Shown here: piece by piece, positions 1 through 9,282 of the stretch | Layout: every line of letters begins with the position of its first letter | Position numbering within the stretch: position 1 is the first letter of the stretch | From: a virus | Taxonomy: Duplodnaviria; Heunggongvirae; Uroviricota; Caudoviricetes | Length of the DNA: 64,000 nucleotides | IMG/VR virus record: IMGVR_UViG_2870083564_000004 | Location: 34,943 to 98,942 of that record | Reading direction: 5' to 3' (one strand) | Translations under genes and position numbers: made by a program | Notes under the pieces: generated by a model | Told to the model about the DNA's origin: nothing | What the model saw: the letters and a program-made list of their open reading frames with translations, nothing else | Databases searched by the model: none

Positions 1-60
1 AGCGCGTTCTTTGCGACTTGTCACGAAACGAAGGATGGCTGGAAGCCGGTCGAAGCGGGT

Positions 61-624
61 GTGGGGGTGATGTATCGGGTTCATCTGCGAAAACTGAAGT
101 CCCCCTTCGACAACTACATACCGCTTGGGCCGCAGCGCCTACCTCGACCAAGTGAACAGTGCGCGTGGGTCACCGCGCTTCCATTTTGTCATTCGTTCGA
201 GGGATGGCCGGGTGTCGAATTATTGCCGTTCGAGCACGATCGGCATGTCGGCCAGCACTTCTTGGAAATGTTCGAAGGTGGCGGGCGGTTGTTTCCGCCG
301 GACCCGCTGGCCGACGTTGCCGCTGAAATTCTGGCTTGCGGCGAAATCCCGAGCGACATCGTTGAGGCTGCACTAGAGTCGTATGCAAAATACCGCTACG
401 GAATAATTTCCGAGCATCTACCGGCTTTGCGCAAGGAGATTTCGGCACTCGCGAATCTAGTTGAATACCGACGACTGCTGACGGAGCAGCGGATTGCCCC
501 TCTTCTAGCGGACCCAAATTGGGTTGAGCAGATGCTTGGAGCGGTAACGGCGAAAGCAGTCGCGGTAAGCCGTGTGAAAATTTCACCGTCTGATTCAGCC
601 TCGGAAGCTGACTCGGCCACTTGA
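61..624 (+). CDS. hypothetical protein (possibly 5'-truncated by window)
   Basis: 187-aa ORF from the six-frame track with GTG start; no motif I recognise. Lies outside the inferred prophage. Confidence 0.3.
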   Translation: MGVMYRVHLRKLKSPFDNYIPLGPQRLPRPSEQCAWVTALPFCHSFEGWPGVELLPFEHDRHVGQHFLEMFEGGGRLFPPDPLADVAAEILACGEIPSDIVEAALESYAKYRYGIISEHLPALRKEISALANLVEYRRLLTEQRIAPLLADPNWVEQMLGAVTAKAVAVSRVKISPSDSASEADSAT

Positions 625-976
625 TACTTCAAGTCTACAAGCCATCGTTATGATCAAAAAATCGATGCGTCGAACCGCTGCGACTATTGGCGCCGTAGCG
701 ACGGCGTTTTCTGCCACCATGTGGCACGTCTCAGCGAAGGCGAGCATCGCGGCTTCAACCTTACCGGCAACCGCAGACAAGGCAATCCGGTCGCTTCAAA
801 CCCTTTCGTTGCAAGAGAATCTTTGGGCGGCACAGGGAGCGGTTGTCGCTGGAATCCTGTTCGCCGTCGCTATTTTTCTTGAGGACGATTGATTTGGAAG
901 TCCCCGCGTCGTGAGCTATCGCGCTCTTAACATTCGTGGCTGATACCTGCCAGCACGCTCCTGATCATTCTGCCGA

Positions 977-1552
977 ATGCCAATCAATCTTAATCCCACA
1001 CCGCAGGACAGGGCCGCGATGCAAGCCATCGAGAACTTGGTGAATGCAAAAAAGCTCAGCGACCTGAGGAAGATTTGCAGGCGGGCGGTGATTACTGAAG
1101 CAGCCTTCGCCGACTTCATCATGGCTTGCGATTCGGGACTGCTGCGCCCTTGGATACACCACATTTCGTATCGGGATTTCCTGCCGAACTGGCGGTGGAC
1201 CGACGATGACGCGAAGAAAGTCGGGGACATGGACAACGGCCCGTTGACCGAGATGCAAACGAAGGCGATGCGCAAGTGGTATCAGCTTCTCGAAGAGCGC
1301 AGGTATCTCGTCGGACACATCTTCTATCTACCGGATCACTCGAACTGGCAATTCTTCTATTTCGACAATCGCGACGTGTGGCAGCACAAAAATCACTTCA
1401 AGGGTGGACCACACATGCACCTTATCAACCATCTGTGGCCGAACAAGACAGCGGAATCGGTCTGGAATGAATTCAGGGACGGCAATCCCGACATGAAGGG
1501 TGCCGAGCACATACGGTTCGATCGTCCGTATCAACGGCCCCCGCAGTTATGA
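977..1552 (+). CDS. hypothetical protein
   Basis: 191-aa ORF with non-repetitive composition, directly upstream of a CoiA-like gene on the same strand. Confidence 0.4.
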   Translation: MPINLNPTPQDRAAMQAIENLVNAKKLSDLRKICRRAVITEAAFADFIMACDSGLLRPWIHHISYRDFLPNWRWTDDDAKKVGDMDNGPLTEMQTKAMRKWYQLLEERRYLVGHIFYLPDHSNWQFFYFDNRDVWQHKNHFKGGPHMHLINHLWPNKTAESVWNEFRDGNPDMKGAEHIRFDRPYQRPPQL

Positions 1553-1606
1553 AAAGTCCGCTGTCGAGACGCATGTTTCACGAATTAGGCACGAAGGGGG
1601 CGACAG

Positions 1607-2440
1607 GTGCAGTTCGCTATTGTTGAAAATCAGCGCAGCGAGGCGTTTCCGGGCGGCCAAGGTGTTTGCCCGACATGCGGCGCGGCCACCATTGCGAAAT
1701 GTGGCCCGCGCGTCATGCATCATTGGGCGCATGCTAGCCGCCGCGACTGTGATCCGTGGTGGGAGAACGAAACGCCGTGGCATCGAGAGTGGAAAAACCT
1801 ATTTCCAGCGGCTTGCCGAGAAATTTCGCACGTTGCGCCTGACGGCGAAATCCACCGAGCGGACATCAAGACGCCGACAGGCATCGTTGTCGAAATGCAA
1901 CATTCCGCCATGACCGATGTCGAGCGGACTTCCCGCGAAGTGTTCTACCGGAATCTCGTATGGGTCATTGACGGGCGCGGATTCCGGCAGAACTTCGACA
2001 TTTACCACGCGCTGCCGGACCCGGCGTCGGAGTTGGCGCGCGATCTGGTTTGGGCGAAAGCACGGCGAGGGTTGCGGGGTGCAGCTGGCGGGATGTTTTT
2101 TAGACTAACCGAGTGCCACGTACACAATCCGAACGCTACCAAGGCGGACTTGGGCGACGGTTTGCATCGAGTTCACTGGATAGATGAAATCGAAGAGGAG
2201 CTAGGGCGCGTGTATAGCGGGCACCATCAATACGATTGGGTTCGACCACGCGGCACTTGGCTTGATGCCGCATGCCCGGTCTACATCGATTTTGGCGAGG
2301 ATTGGCTTGCACAACTCACGACGTATGACGAATCGGGGCTGCGCTGCATACGGTATGTCGCAAAGAGGAAATTCGTGCACGATGCCATGGTCGAGACCGA
2401 TGCCCGCGCTATCGCAACGCGTTTCTATCCGATCCGTTAG
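1607..2440 (+). CDS. CoiA-like competence/nuclease family protein
   Basis: N-terminal zinc ribbon (CPTCG...C), an HHWAH motif and an E-M-Q-H-S motif that resembles the CoiA EIQxS core. Call is from memory of the family only. Confidence 0.4.
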   Translation: MQFAIVENQRSEAFPGGQGVCPTCGAATIAKCGPRVMHHWAHASRRDCDPWWENETPWHREWKNLFPAACREISHVAPDGEIHRADIKTPTGIVVEMQHSAMTDVERTSREVFYRNLVWVIDGRGFRQNFDIYHALPDPASELARDLVWAKARRGLRGAAGGMFFRLTECHVHNPNATKADLGDGLHRVHWIDEIEEELGRVYSGHHQYDWVRPRGTWLDAACPVYIDFGEDWLAQLTTYDESGLRCIRYVAKRKFVHDAMVETDARAIATRFYPIR

Positions 2441-2595
2441 GCGCTTGCAGGCGTGACATGCCGAGCGACGCATGTTGACGGCTGCGCAAGGCGCAGAAGT
2501 CAAAGCCAAGCGAGCGGCGAGCGGCGGGCGCGACGGCTCCGTCTTAATACGGAAGCCATTGCCATCGGCGGCTCATAAATAATGAGGTAGATCGA

Positions 2596-3243
2596 ATGGA
2601 TACAGACTTGCAGTTGTTGATGGCCGAGGCGCGACGCTCCGCTATCGAAAGGGCCGAAAAAGAATACAAGCTGCAATGTGATGTCTTTGATTCTGCCGAC
2701 CGGAAGGCACAGGGAACGACAACTATTGCTGGGGCATTGCTGGCTGCTGACTTAGGCTTTGTCGCCAAGCTTACAGATACACCGAGCGCTCTAGCAATCG
2801 TTATCCTGCTTTTGATCACTGGCGCCCTCGGGTGTAGCGTCCTTTCGGCGCTGTGGGCGCTGTATGCGCGTGATTCACACGTTCCTGCGACCGGTGGCGA
2901 ATGTGAGTCAGGTTACTTGAAGTTGATCTCACAGGCTTCCATTGGCAATTTTGCGACTGCGGAAATCGAATTGCTGGACTTCATCATCGATAAGCTGAAC
3001 AAGGCGAACGAGTCAGTGACGAAGGTCGCGGCTACTAAAGCAAACTGGGTTCATCGCTCACAGCAGGCTCTTATCTTGGCTGCGGCAGCAACCATAGTTC
3101 TTACGACGGGTTTGATTTTCGATCCGAAGCTGCTGACCCTTGCCACAACGGTTCAGGTAACGCCAGCCTCTGGGTCTCACGCTTCAACTAACGCTGCTGT
3201 GTCGGCTCTGGTGGCTCCGCTCCGGCCGGGTCTCTCGCGGTGA
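2596..3243 (+). CDS. membrane protein, unknown function
   Basis: 215 aa with at least two strongly hydrophobic helices (IVILLLITGALGCSVLSALWAL, ILAAAATIVLTTGLIF). GC is lower than the surroundings. Confidence 0.4.
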   Translation: MDTDLQLLMAEARRSAIERAEKEYKLQCDVFDSADRKAQGTTTIAGALLAADLGFVAKLTDTPSALAIVILLLITGALGCSVLSALWALYARDSHVPATGGECESGYLKLISQASIGNFATAEIELLDFIIDKLNKANESVTKVAATKANWVHRSQQALILAAAATIVLTTGLIFDPKLLTLATTVQVTPASGSHASTNAAVSALVAPLRPGLSR

Positions 3244-3328
3244 AGCCCGTTTGCCAATGCGAACCGCTCAGCGTCCACAGACTCCCTAAAGCCTTCGTAT
3301 GGAGTCGACGGAGATTGCCAACCGAACT

Positions 3329-3799
3329 TTACAGGTCTGCGATCGGAGACAGTTTTTCGGTCGCGACGAATTGAGCAAGACGGGTGCGAGCCGTCGCGAT
3401 CAGATGGGCTGGTACATTCGTCAACTGTCGATCGTGCATCAGCAGGATGTGCTCGACAGCGGTGCGACCACTGGAGGGAATTTCAAAGGCCCCGGTTTTC
3501 TTCGCGGCAACCGCACATTCGACCACTGCGGTTTCGGCGACCCGGAACTGTTCTAGGTCGTGACGACCTACTGTCGCCTCATGGATGAAGTAGGCGACGT
3601 AGATCGTCTGAAATATCTTGCTGACGGCATCGGTGGTACCGTTATTGCCGCTCTGCAATGAGGCAAGGGCAAGGTGATGTTCCAGTGACTTTTTGCGGAC
3701 TATGGCCGCTGGTAGGGGCAGCAACATGTCCTTGGTCATCGGTGCCTTGCTTCGGCGGGTTGAGGATTTCGGGCGGGGCTTCATAGCTATCGTGAGCAA
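3329..3799 (-). CDS. hypothetical protein
   Basis: 156-aa ORF; no confident family assignment. Confidence 0.3.
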   Translation of the reverse strand: MLTIAMKPRPKSSTRRSKAPMTKDMLLPLPAAIVRKKSLEHHLALASLQSGNNGTTDAVSKIFQTIYVAYFIHEATVGRHDLEQFRVAETAVVECAVAAKKTGAFEIPSSGRTAVEHILLMHDRQLTNVPAHLIATARTRLAQFVATEKLSPIADL

Positions 3800-3960
3800 G
3801 GGCGGTGCGTCTTACCTTTATGGTCGAACAAGATCAACTTTAACAACGGGACACGTTGGCTTGGTGTCCGAGCGCTGCCGCGTTCAGAGGGAGAGCGAAA
3901 ATCGGCGAAGGGGCGAATTCGCGTCTGATGATGGGGTGCATGATGGGTCAAAAAACAAAA

Positions 3961-3995
3961 AGCCCCGCAGATCATTGATTTTGCGGGGCTTTTTC
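3961..3995. terminator. bidirectional intrinsic-terminator-like hairpin
   Basis: The sequence aaaaaacaaaa-AGCCCCGC-loop-GCGGGGCT-ttttt has a GC stem flanked by A/T runs on both strands. Confidence 0.5.
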
Positions 3996-4003
3996 GATAT
4001 TTC

Positions 4004-4045
4004 TGGCGGAGAGAGGGGGATTCGAACCCCCGAGGGCCATCTGAA
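4004..4045 (-). other. tRNA 3'-end fragment (tRNA-Ser-like T-arm, acceptor and CCA); candidate prophage att-site copy
   Basis: The minus strand reads ...GGGGGTTCGAATCCCCCTCTCTCCGCCA, a T-stem-loop plus 7-nt acceptor 3' strand, G discriminator and CCA. No complementary 5' acceptor (GGAGAGA) or D-arm lies upstream, so this is a fragment and not a gene. Confidence 0.5.
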
Positions 4046-4251
4046 AATTAAGGGTTCGCGGGCGGTGCGATCCCAATTCCTGTCATTGTTCGCCATCCCG
4101 ATCTCAGCCTTCGCCGCTCGAATACCAGCGTCTACTGCCACTTCACAGTAACGACACGGCGCACTTCACGCTCACTCCGAACATCGAGTTCTTGCCCATT
4201 GATTGTTGGCGCCACAAAAAACTGAAGCCCCGTCTTTACGGGGCTTCTAGA

Positions 4252-4695
4252 CTACCTGCCGCTTGCGCCAGGTTTAGGCGGAGTTCGTACAGTCTTCCCG
4301 ATGACAAACACTGAAACCAGGCTAACAAGTGTTGCGCCGCCAATTCCAACTGCCGCCCAATCATGGCCCATGACCGCAAGTAACGCGGCAATACCGAGCC
4401 CAATTACGCCGATAACGAATCCGGACAGAATGCCCGCCATGCGCTCAACAAATCGGAAAGTATTGACCCGGTGCGCCTCCGACCGGCGAAATTCGCCTTC
4501 GACGCGCGCCTGCTCAAATACCCATTCGACCTTATCAGGAGCAATTTCCTTCAGGCGCTCGATCTGCGCCATCGGAAGGAGGGGCGCGTCAGTTTCGTGA
4601 TGCGATACAGTGAGACTCCGGTCTTTATCCTTCACCTGTGCCGTTGTTTGTCGCCCCATTTTTTCCCGTGAGACAGTAGTAAGACTGCCGTTCAA
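4252..4695 (-). CDS. membrane protein (DUF2335-like)
   Basis: Conserved-looking N-terminal segment (LPMAQIERLKEIAPDKVEWVF) followed by two TM helices, with a hairpin/T-run terminator just downstream. Confidence 0.4.
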   Translation of the reverse strand: MNGSLTTVSREKMGRQTTAQVKDKDRSLTVSHHETDAPLLPMAQIERLKEIAPDKVEWVFEQARVEGEFRRSEAHRVNTFRFVERMAGILSGFVIGVIGLGIAALLAVMGHDWAAVGIGGATLVSLVSVFVIGKTVRTPPKPGASGR

Positions 4696-5139
4696 CGCGC
4701 GCCATTACGCGCCGCATATCTGCCCCGGCAGCCTCAAAGTCTCTCGCTTGGTCGCCTCTGCGGGGGATTTCGTATTGTGGAAAACTACCAAATGCGTTCA
4801 GCGACAAACCCATGCCAGCCAAGGCTTCGAGCAAGTGCTTCATTGCTTTCTCCAATCGGTCGACAGGAAGCCCCAAGCTAGGCGCACAAGCGCCTCTCAA
4901 ACATATGACAAAAAGCTAGGGGGTGCTTGCATTGTACCCTCGAAACTAAAACCGCGTACTTGACAAGGCAAAAAAACTCCAATCAAGTTCAATTATCGGC
5001 AGCAGACGCCTGAACTCAAGATAGGGGCGGCACGAATGTATAAAAACGGATGCGACAAATTGACGCACCGAGCGCCGTTCCGCGCCCGAAAAGAACCCGG
5101 AACCATTTTCCGTAAGCCTCACCTCGCCTTGAGGTCCGA

Positions 5140-5829
5140 TCATTCCTTGAGGCGTGCTCCTGAGTCAAGGTCGGCGACCATCCCGTCAGCGGAATAGAGT
5201 TGCAACATCGCGCGAGCGGCCTCGACGTTCGACGTCGTGAGCCATTCTCCCCAATCGTCCGGCCGAAGTATGACGATCGACCGCTTTTCGTCGCCCGGCT
5301 TGTGCATGCGCGACATGATGGCATGCCCTTCGGCATTCACCGTGATCATCGACATCGCGTGCGATTCGTTCCCGTCCGTGCCCGTCAACGTGCGCCAGAT
5401 CCCCGCGACGCAGTAGGGCCGCCAGCCCGTCAGGCCGATTCGATGCCAGACGTTTCGGCCGGTCTCGTAGCACGGCTCGTAAATCCATCGCACCGGAATC
5501 AGGCAGCGGCGACCTGCGCGCCACGCCGGCCCGTATAGCGGCGATCGCCCAAGATTGTCATCGCGCACGTTCATCGTGCTACGCATGATCGGCGGCTTCT
5601 TGCCCTCCTCTTTCGCCTTCTCGATGTTCGCCTTCTGCAAGGCGCGCGGCCAGTAGCCGAACCCAGCGAGAATCGCCTCGACGCGCCCATTGACCATCGC
5701 CACGGTGGGCGCGAGATAGTCCGGGTAAATCTCAGGCTCCCAAGGCGTTCTCTTCCATAGGTCGATTAGGCCAAGCCGTAGCTCGCTGATCCCCGGATCT
5801 TCGTCCGGCGCGCGGTAATTGGTGCACAC
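5140..5829 (-). CDS. SOS response-associated peptidase (SRAP/YedK, DUF159)
   Basis: The GTG start gives M-C-T-N-Y with the catalytic Cys at position 2. SRAP-like blocks are present (RRCLIPVRWIYE, MITVNAEGHAIMSRMH, RPDDWGEWL). The track ORF extends 15 codons further upstream. Confidence 0.6.
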   Translation of the reverse strand: MCTNYRAPDEDPGISELRLGLIDLWKRTPWEPEIYPDYLAPTVAMVNGRVEAILAGFGYWPRALQKANIEKAKEEGKKPPIMRSTMNVRDDNLGRSPLYGPAWRAGRRCLIPVRWIYEPCYETGRNVWHRIGLTGWRPYCVAGIWRTLTGTDGNESHAMSMITVNAEGHAIMSRMHKPGDEKRSIVILRPDDWGEWLTTSNVEAARAMLQLYSADGMVADLDSGARLKE

Positions 5830-5880
5830 GGCGGCACCTCTTTTCAGGGGATGGATCACTTCATCATAGTCCAAGATATA

Positions 5881-5896
5881 CTGTATAAAATTACAG
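5881..5896. promoter_or_regulatory. LexA (SOS) box CTGTATAAAATTACAG
   Basis: Perfect CTGT-N8-ACAG with an AT-rich spacer, in the 85-bp gap between the divergent SRAP gene and ORF 5915. Confidence 0.5.
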
Positions 5897-5914
5897 GCCT
5901 TCCCGTATTACGAA

Positions 5915-6556
5915 ATGATCCTGCCACCGTTCAATCCACCCAAGCTACCCGAGATGACTGAGTGGTGGACGCGCTGCACATATGCGGACGTCCAGCGTCT
6001 GATTCTCGAAGTTCAGCACCAGCGCCTCACTTTGTGGGAGCTTCGCAGCTGCATTGCCGATGCGTCGCGGCGGGTACGCGCGATCGACCCATCGTTGCTT
6101 GAGTATGGCGCGCCGCTACGGAGGCTCGGCTACATCGTCGACAAGGAAATTGGTCGTGCCGCCCCGTTCGCTCGCATGCGGGAACCGGTCGCGCCGTTTT
6201 CCGACGAGTGGCGTGCACGGCAAGAAATCAGGTCAAAGCGCTGGGAGTCGCCGGACGACACGCCACCCGGCGCATCTCCGAAATCAATCCCAGAGTTTCA
6301 GCGGGTAACGTGGGAAGAATTGCGCGAGAAATGGCGTTTCGAGGAAGGCAAGAATGTCGGCCGGCACACGCTCGAGCAACGCATGGCGCTCGAGATCGCG
6401 TATTTGCGAAGCCACATTGTCGGAAAGTCGCGAAAGCTCGTCGATGCAGCCCGGGTTGAAGCAGAGAAAAGCGGTGTGGAGTTGTTCGCGCTAGACCATC
6501 TGAAACGCCTTCTCGAAGTCGAGCGCGACGAAGAGGCGTTCTACCGCATCACGTAG
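5915..6556 (+). CDS. hypothetical protein
   Basis: 213-aa ORF with ATG start, divergent from the SRAP gene across the LexA box. Confidence 0.4.
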   Translation: MILPPFNPPKLPEMTEWWTRCTYADVQRLILEVQHQRLTLWELRSCIADASRRVRAIDPSLLEYGAPLRRLGYIVDKEIGRAAPFARMREPVAPFSDEWRARQEIRSKRWESPDDTPPGASPKSIPEFQRVTWEELREKWRFEEGKNVGRHTLEQRMALEIAYLRSHIVGKSRKLVDAARVEAEKSGVELFALDHLKRLLEVERDEEAFYRIT

Positions 6557-6690
6557 CAGGGACGATACGATGAACGACCAGGGCTCACTCGATGAGATGC
6601 AAAGGCCAGCTTGACTGCGGCGAACACCACTCTCGCCGGCTTCCGTACTGCCCACCAAAAACGGAAGCGGCGTGGCGAACTGCCGACGCG

Positions 6691-7809
6691 TCAAACTGGA
6701 TCGCCACTATCGATCGGAATCGAGCCTTTGGGCAAACGTGGCGTTTTGAGGACCGCAGCTTTCGCACTGAGCAATTCGTCGTCGCCCACCTCGAAGCGGC
6801 GCAGCCACGCTGCCGTTGATTCGCGCGTGTTGTAGACCGGCGCGCCGGCGTTGACCGTGCCGCGCTGAAGAATGTCCATGCTTTCCGCTCGCACACGCCG
6901 CAGTGCCTTATCGAGGACGACGTAGGCTGGTGGCAAGAACGGGGGTTGCTCCTCGCGCTCAGAGAGCCCCGACTCAGGCAACACGCCCGCACGGATGATA
7001 ACGCCGGCACCATAATCACCAATGGCAAACCAATTCGGGGGAAGTTCCGACGTCAGCGCGCGAACGCCGCCGACAGTGTCCAACATGGGCTTGCCGATAG
7101 CTGTCAGCCAATTGACGGATTTAATTTTGCCCTTCAGATCGCGGGCTGAAGTCGATCCGGGGTCGCCGACATCGAGCCCCGGCATAATTTGCGCGATCCA
7201 GTATTCCGTCGCCTCATTCTCGTGAGGAGCGGTCGGGGAAAGGTTGACGGCGAAGCCCGCCTGACCTTGAACGGCATCTAAGCGGCGCGCAGCATCAAAG
7301 AACAGTTTTGCGAAGGCATCGGGGTTCTCTTGGACAGCCACAACCGGCCATGAGAACGCTAGGGAGTTGAGACCGCGGTTGCCCATCTTCTCTTGCCACT
7401 GGCGCTGACCCACGACCTCGAATCTCCAAAAACTTGCGTCCGAAGCTTGCTCCCCGCCAACGTAGCAGAAGTCGAAACGATCCTCAGGACCGAGCTTACT
7501 GGCGGCGGCACGCAGAGGCTTGGCCCGCGCGAACGCCTGCGCCACCTTCCCGTTACTCCATAGGAACGTCAATTTGCATTCGGGTACAGCACAGTAGTCG
7601 TCGAAACAGTCGGCAACCGCCGCGCGGACGGCGGGATCGAATGCACGCTCAAAATAAAGCGACGCGCGCACGACGACGGCCGCTCCGATTCCACCGGTTG
7701 CGTAGCGAGGTTCCAAAAGACCATTGGGCACCAGCGCTTTGCCCTGATTGGCCTTCGCCCATTCGAGAAAATTCTGATCCATATTCGCGTCGATGCTAGG
7801 AAGGCTCAA
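6691..7809 (-). CDS. putative immunity protein for the upstream nuclease toxin
   Basis: 372-aa ORF that starts (TTG) directly after the toxin stop codon. Its position matches toxin/immunity pairs; the Imm-family assignment is not certain. Confidence 0.4.
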   Translation of the reverse strand: MSLPSIDANMDQNFLEWAKANQGKALVPNGLLEPRYATGGIGAAVVVRASLYFERAFDPAVRAAVADCFDDYCAVPECKLTFLWSNGKVAQAFARAKPLRAAASKLGPEDRFDFCYVGGEQASDASFWRFEVVGQRQWQEKMGNRGLNSLAFSWPVVAVQENPDAFAKLFFDAARRLDAVQGQAGFAVNLSPTAPHENEATEYWIAQIMPGLDVGDPGSTSARDLKGKIKSVNWLTAIGKPMLDTVGGVRALTSELPPNWFAIGDYGAGVIIRAGVLPESGLSEREEQPPFLPPAYVVLDKALRRVRAESMDILQRGTVNAGAPVYNTRESTAAWLRRFEVGDDELLSAKAAVLKTPRLPKGSIPIDSGDPV

Positions 7810-8544
7810 TTATGGAACGACTATGGGGGGCGGCGGCAACGGCAAGCCACCCATGCCAGGCGGGATAGCAGGACTGCGGTTAAGTAGCTGACGCAGGGAA
7901 CGCCCGAGTTCGGAGAGCGCCTCAGAAACCGCTCGGAGCGGACTTTCATTGGCGTCATCGTCGGAGCAGTCACAGTCGCCGGGGCCCATAGTCGCAACCT
8001 TTTCGGGCGAACCCGCAATCCGTGCGTAGTCGTCCTCTTGCTCGCGATCCCTTTCTTGAGGCGGGAATTTAATCTCCACCACGCTCTTGATGTTGTCCTG
8101 AGTTGGCGGCAGAGATCCGTCCTTGACAATCACCACGTCGGGGCGCCGAACAGCACCGGCGCCCGCGGGATACGCATCTTTCCCGCCAGGCCAGTATTTT
8201 TGAATCCAGCCTGGCAAGTAAGGGTGCGGCTCCAAGGGAGACGCGGAGCGCATGATCGGCGACGGAGGGATCTGCGTCATGTCGTAGTTGACTTCCGACT
8301 TGTACGGGCTCTTCCACCCCATAGACCGATCCACGTCGCGCAGGTTGCGCGAAACGCACTGCTGCTTGAGGCTTTGGCGCGATGCACCAGTGTCTGGCTC
8401 TCGACTGCATACACAAACGGCCTTGCAGATGACCTTTTTATCGACCGGGTCGGGCGTAGCGGGCCGAAGACGCACGGGCGTCGTTTCGCCCTTCGGCGAC
8501 ATGCCACCTTGACCGGAGTTGGCTCCGTAGGCACGACCACTCAT
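7810..8544 (-). CDS. putative PD-(D/E)xK-fold nuclease toxin (PAAR-associated effector)
   Basis: Contains RRPDVVIVKDGS...VVEIKFPP, a D...(E/D)xK arrangement. Its ATG overlaps the PAAR stop as ATGA, which indicates translational coupling. The track ORF allows a longer N-terminus up to 8622. Confidence 0.45.
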   Translation of the reverse strand: MSGRAYGANSGQGGMSPKGETTPVRLRPATPDPVDKKVICKAVCVCSREPDTGASRQSLKQQCVSRNLRDVDRSMGWKSPYKSEVNYDMTQIPPSPIMRSASPLEPHPYLPGWIQKYWPGGKDAYPAGAGAVRRPDVVIVKDGSLPPTQDNIKSVVEIKFPPQERDREQEDDYARIAGSPEKVATMGPGDCDCSDDDANESPLRAVSEALSELGRSLRQLLNRSPAIPPGMGGLPLPPPPIVVP

Positions 8545-9101
8545 AAAACACCGCCTTCGCCGGGCCCCTGAGTCGACTCGGCTGAAAATTGCAACGATCC
8601 AGCCGTGTTTGCCTCGTGCCACTGCGTGTAGCCGTCGGCGTCGGTCTGGCCAGATATTGTCCGGCCGTCCGCTGTTTGCAGAACGTAGGGATGGTTCGCG
8701 ATCGGTTTTCCAGTCGTCTCGTCAAATACCTGGAAGCGCCCACGGTATAGATTGTCCGGCCCTCGTGGCATCGACTGCGGAACGACGCTCTTCCCACCGC
8801 CGATCGAATTGCCGCCAGCGGCCCCTGATGTAGGGGCCACCGTGGCGAAGCCTTGCGACGCGATAAGCGTTGCCCCACACGCGGTCTTGTCTCCGTCTGT
8901 AGCAATCGGCCTGTCACCAAACGTCATGTTCAACTCGCGCTTTACGCTGACGATCGGGTAAATCCCACCACATCGCGGACACGTCACCATGTCGCCAAGC
9001 AATGCGATTGCCCTTCCATGAACCGTGTTGGCGACATTACAGCCGACCACACGCCCCCCATGCGTGGTCGTGTCTCCCTCGCAAATAAACGCAAACCCCA
9101 T
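8541..9101 (-). CDS. PAAR-domain protein
   Basis: N-terminal FICEGDTTTHGGRVVGC...GDMVTCPRCGG matches the PAAR repeat logic (GDxTxHGG ... GDMxxCP). Confidence 0.6.
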   Translation of the reverse strand: MGFAFICEGDTTTHGGRVVGCNVANTVHGRAIALLGDMVTCPRCGGIYPIVSVKRELNMTFGDRPIATDGDKTACGATLIASQGFATVAPTSGAAGGNSIGGGKSVVPQSMPRGPDNLYRGRFQVFDETTGKPIANHPYVLQTADGRTISGQTDADGYTQWHEANTAGSLQFSAESTQGPGEGGVL

Positions 9102-9282
9102 GTCGAAGTCTCCACAAGGAAATTTTCGGTGGAATGTAGCACGGGGGAAATTGCCGGAACCACCCTGTCAGACATGACAGGAATCCAAATCCGTAATTCC
9201 GCGAACACCGGAATTGGATCAAAACAATGCACCCGATTTTGGATGCAAAGCCCCGGTCGAGCGACCGGGGCAACTGAACGAA

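Noticed and set aside
3990-4140. Possible intact tRNA or tmRNA gene
   Set aside because: Only the 3' T-arm/acceptor/CCA is present; no complementary 5' acceptor strand, D-arm or anticodon arm could be built from the upstream sequence.
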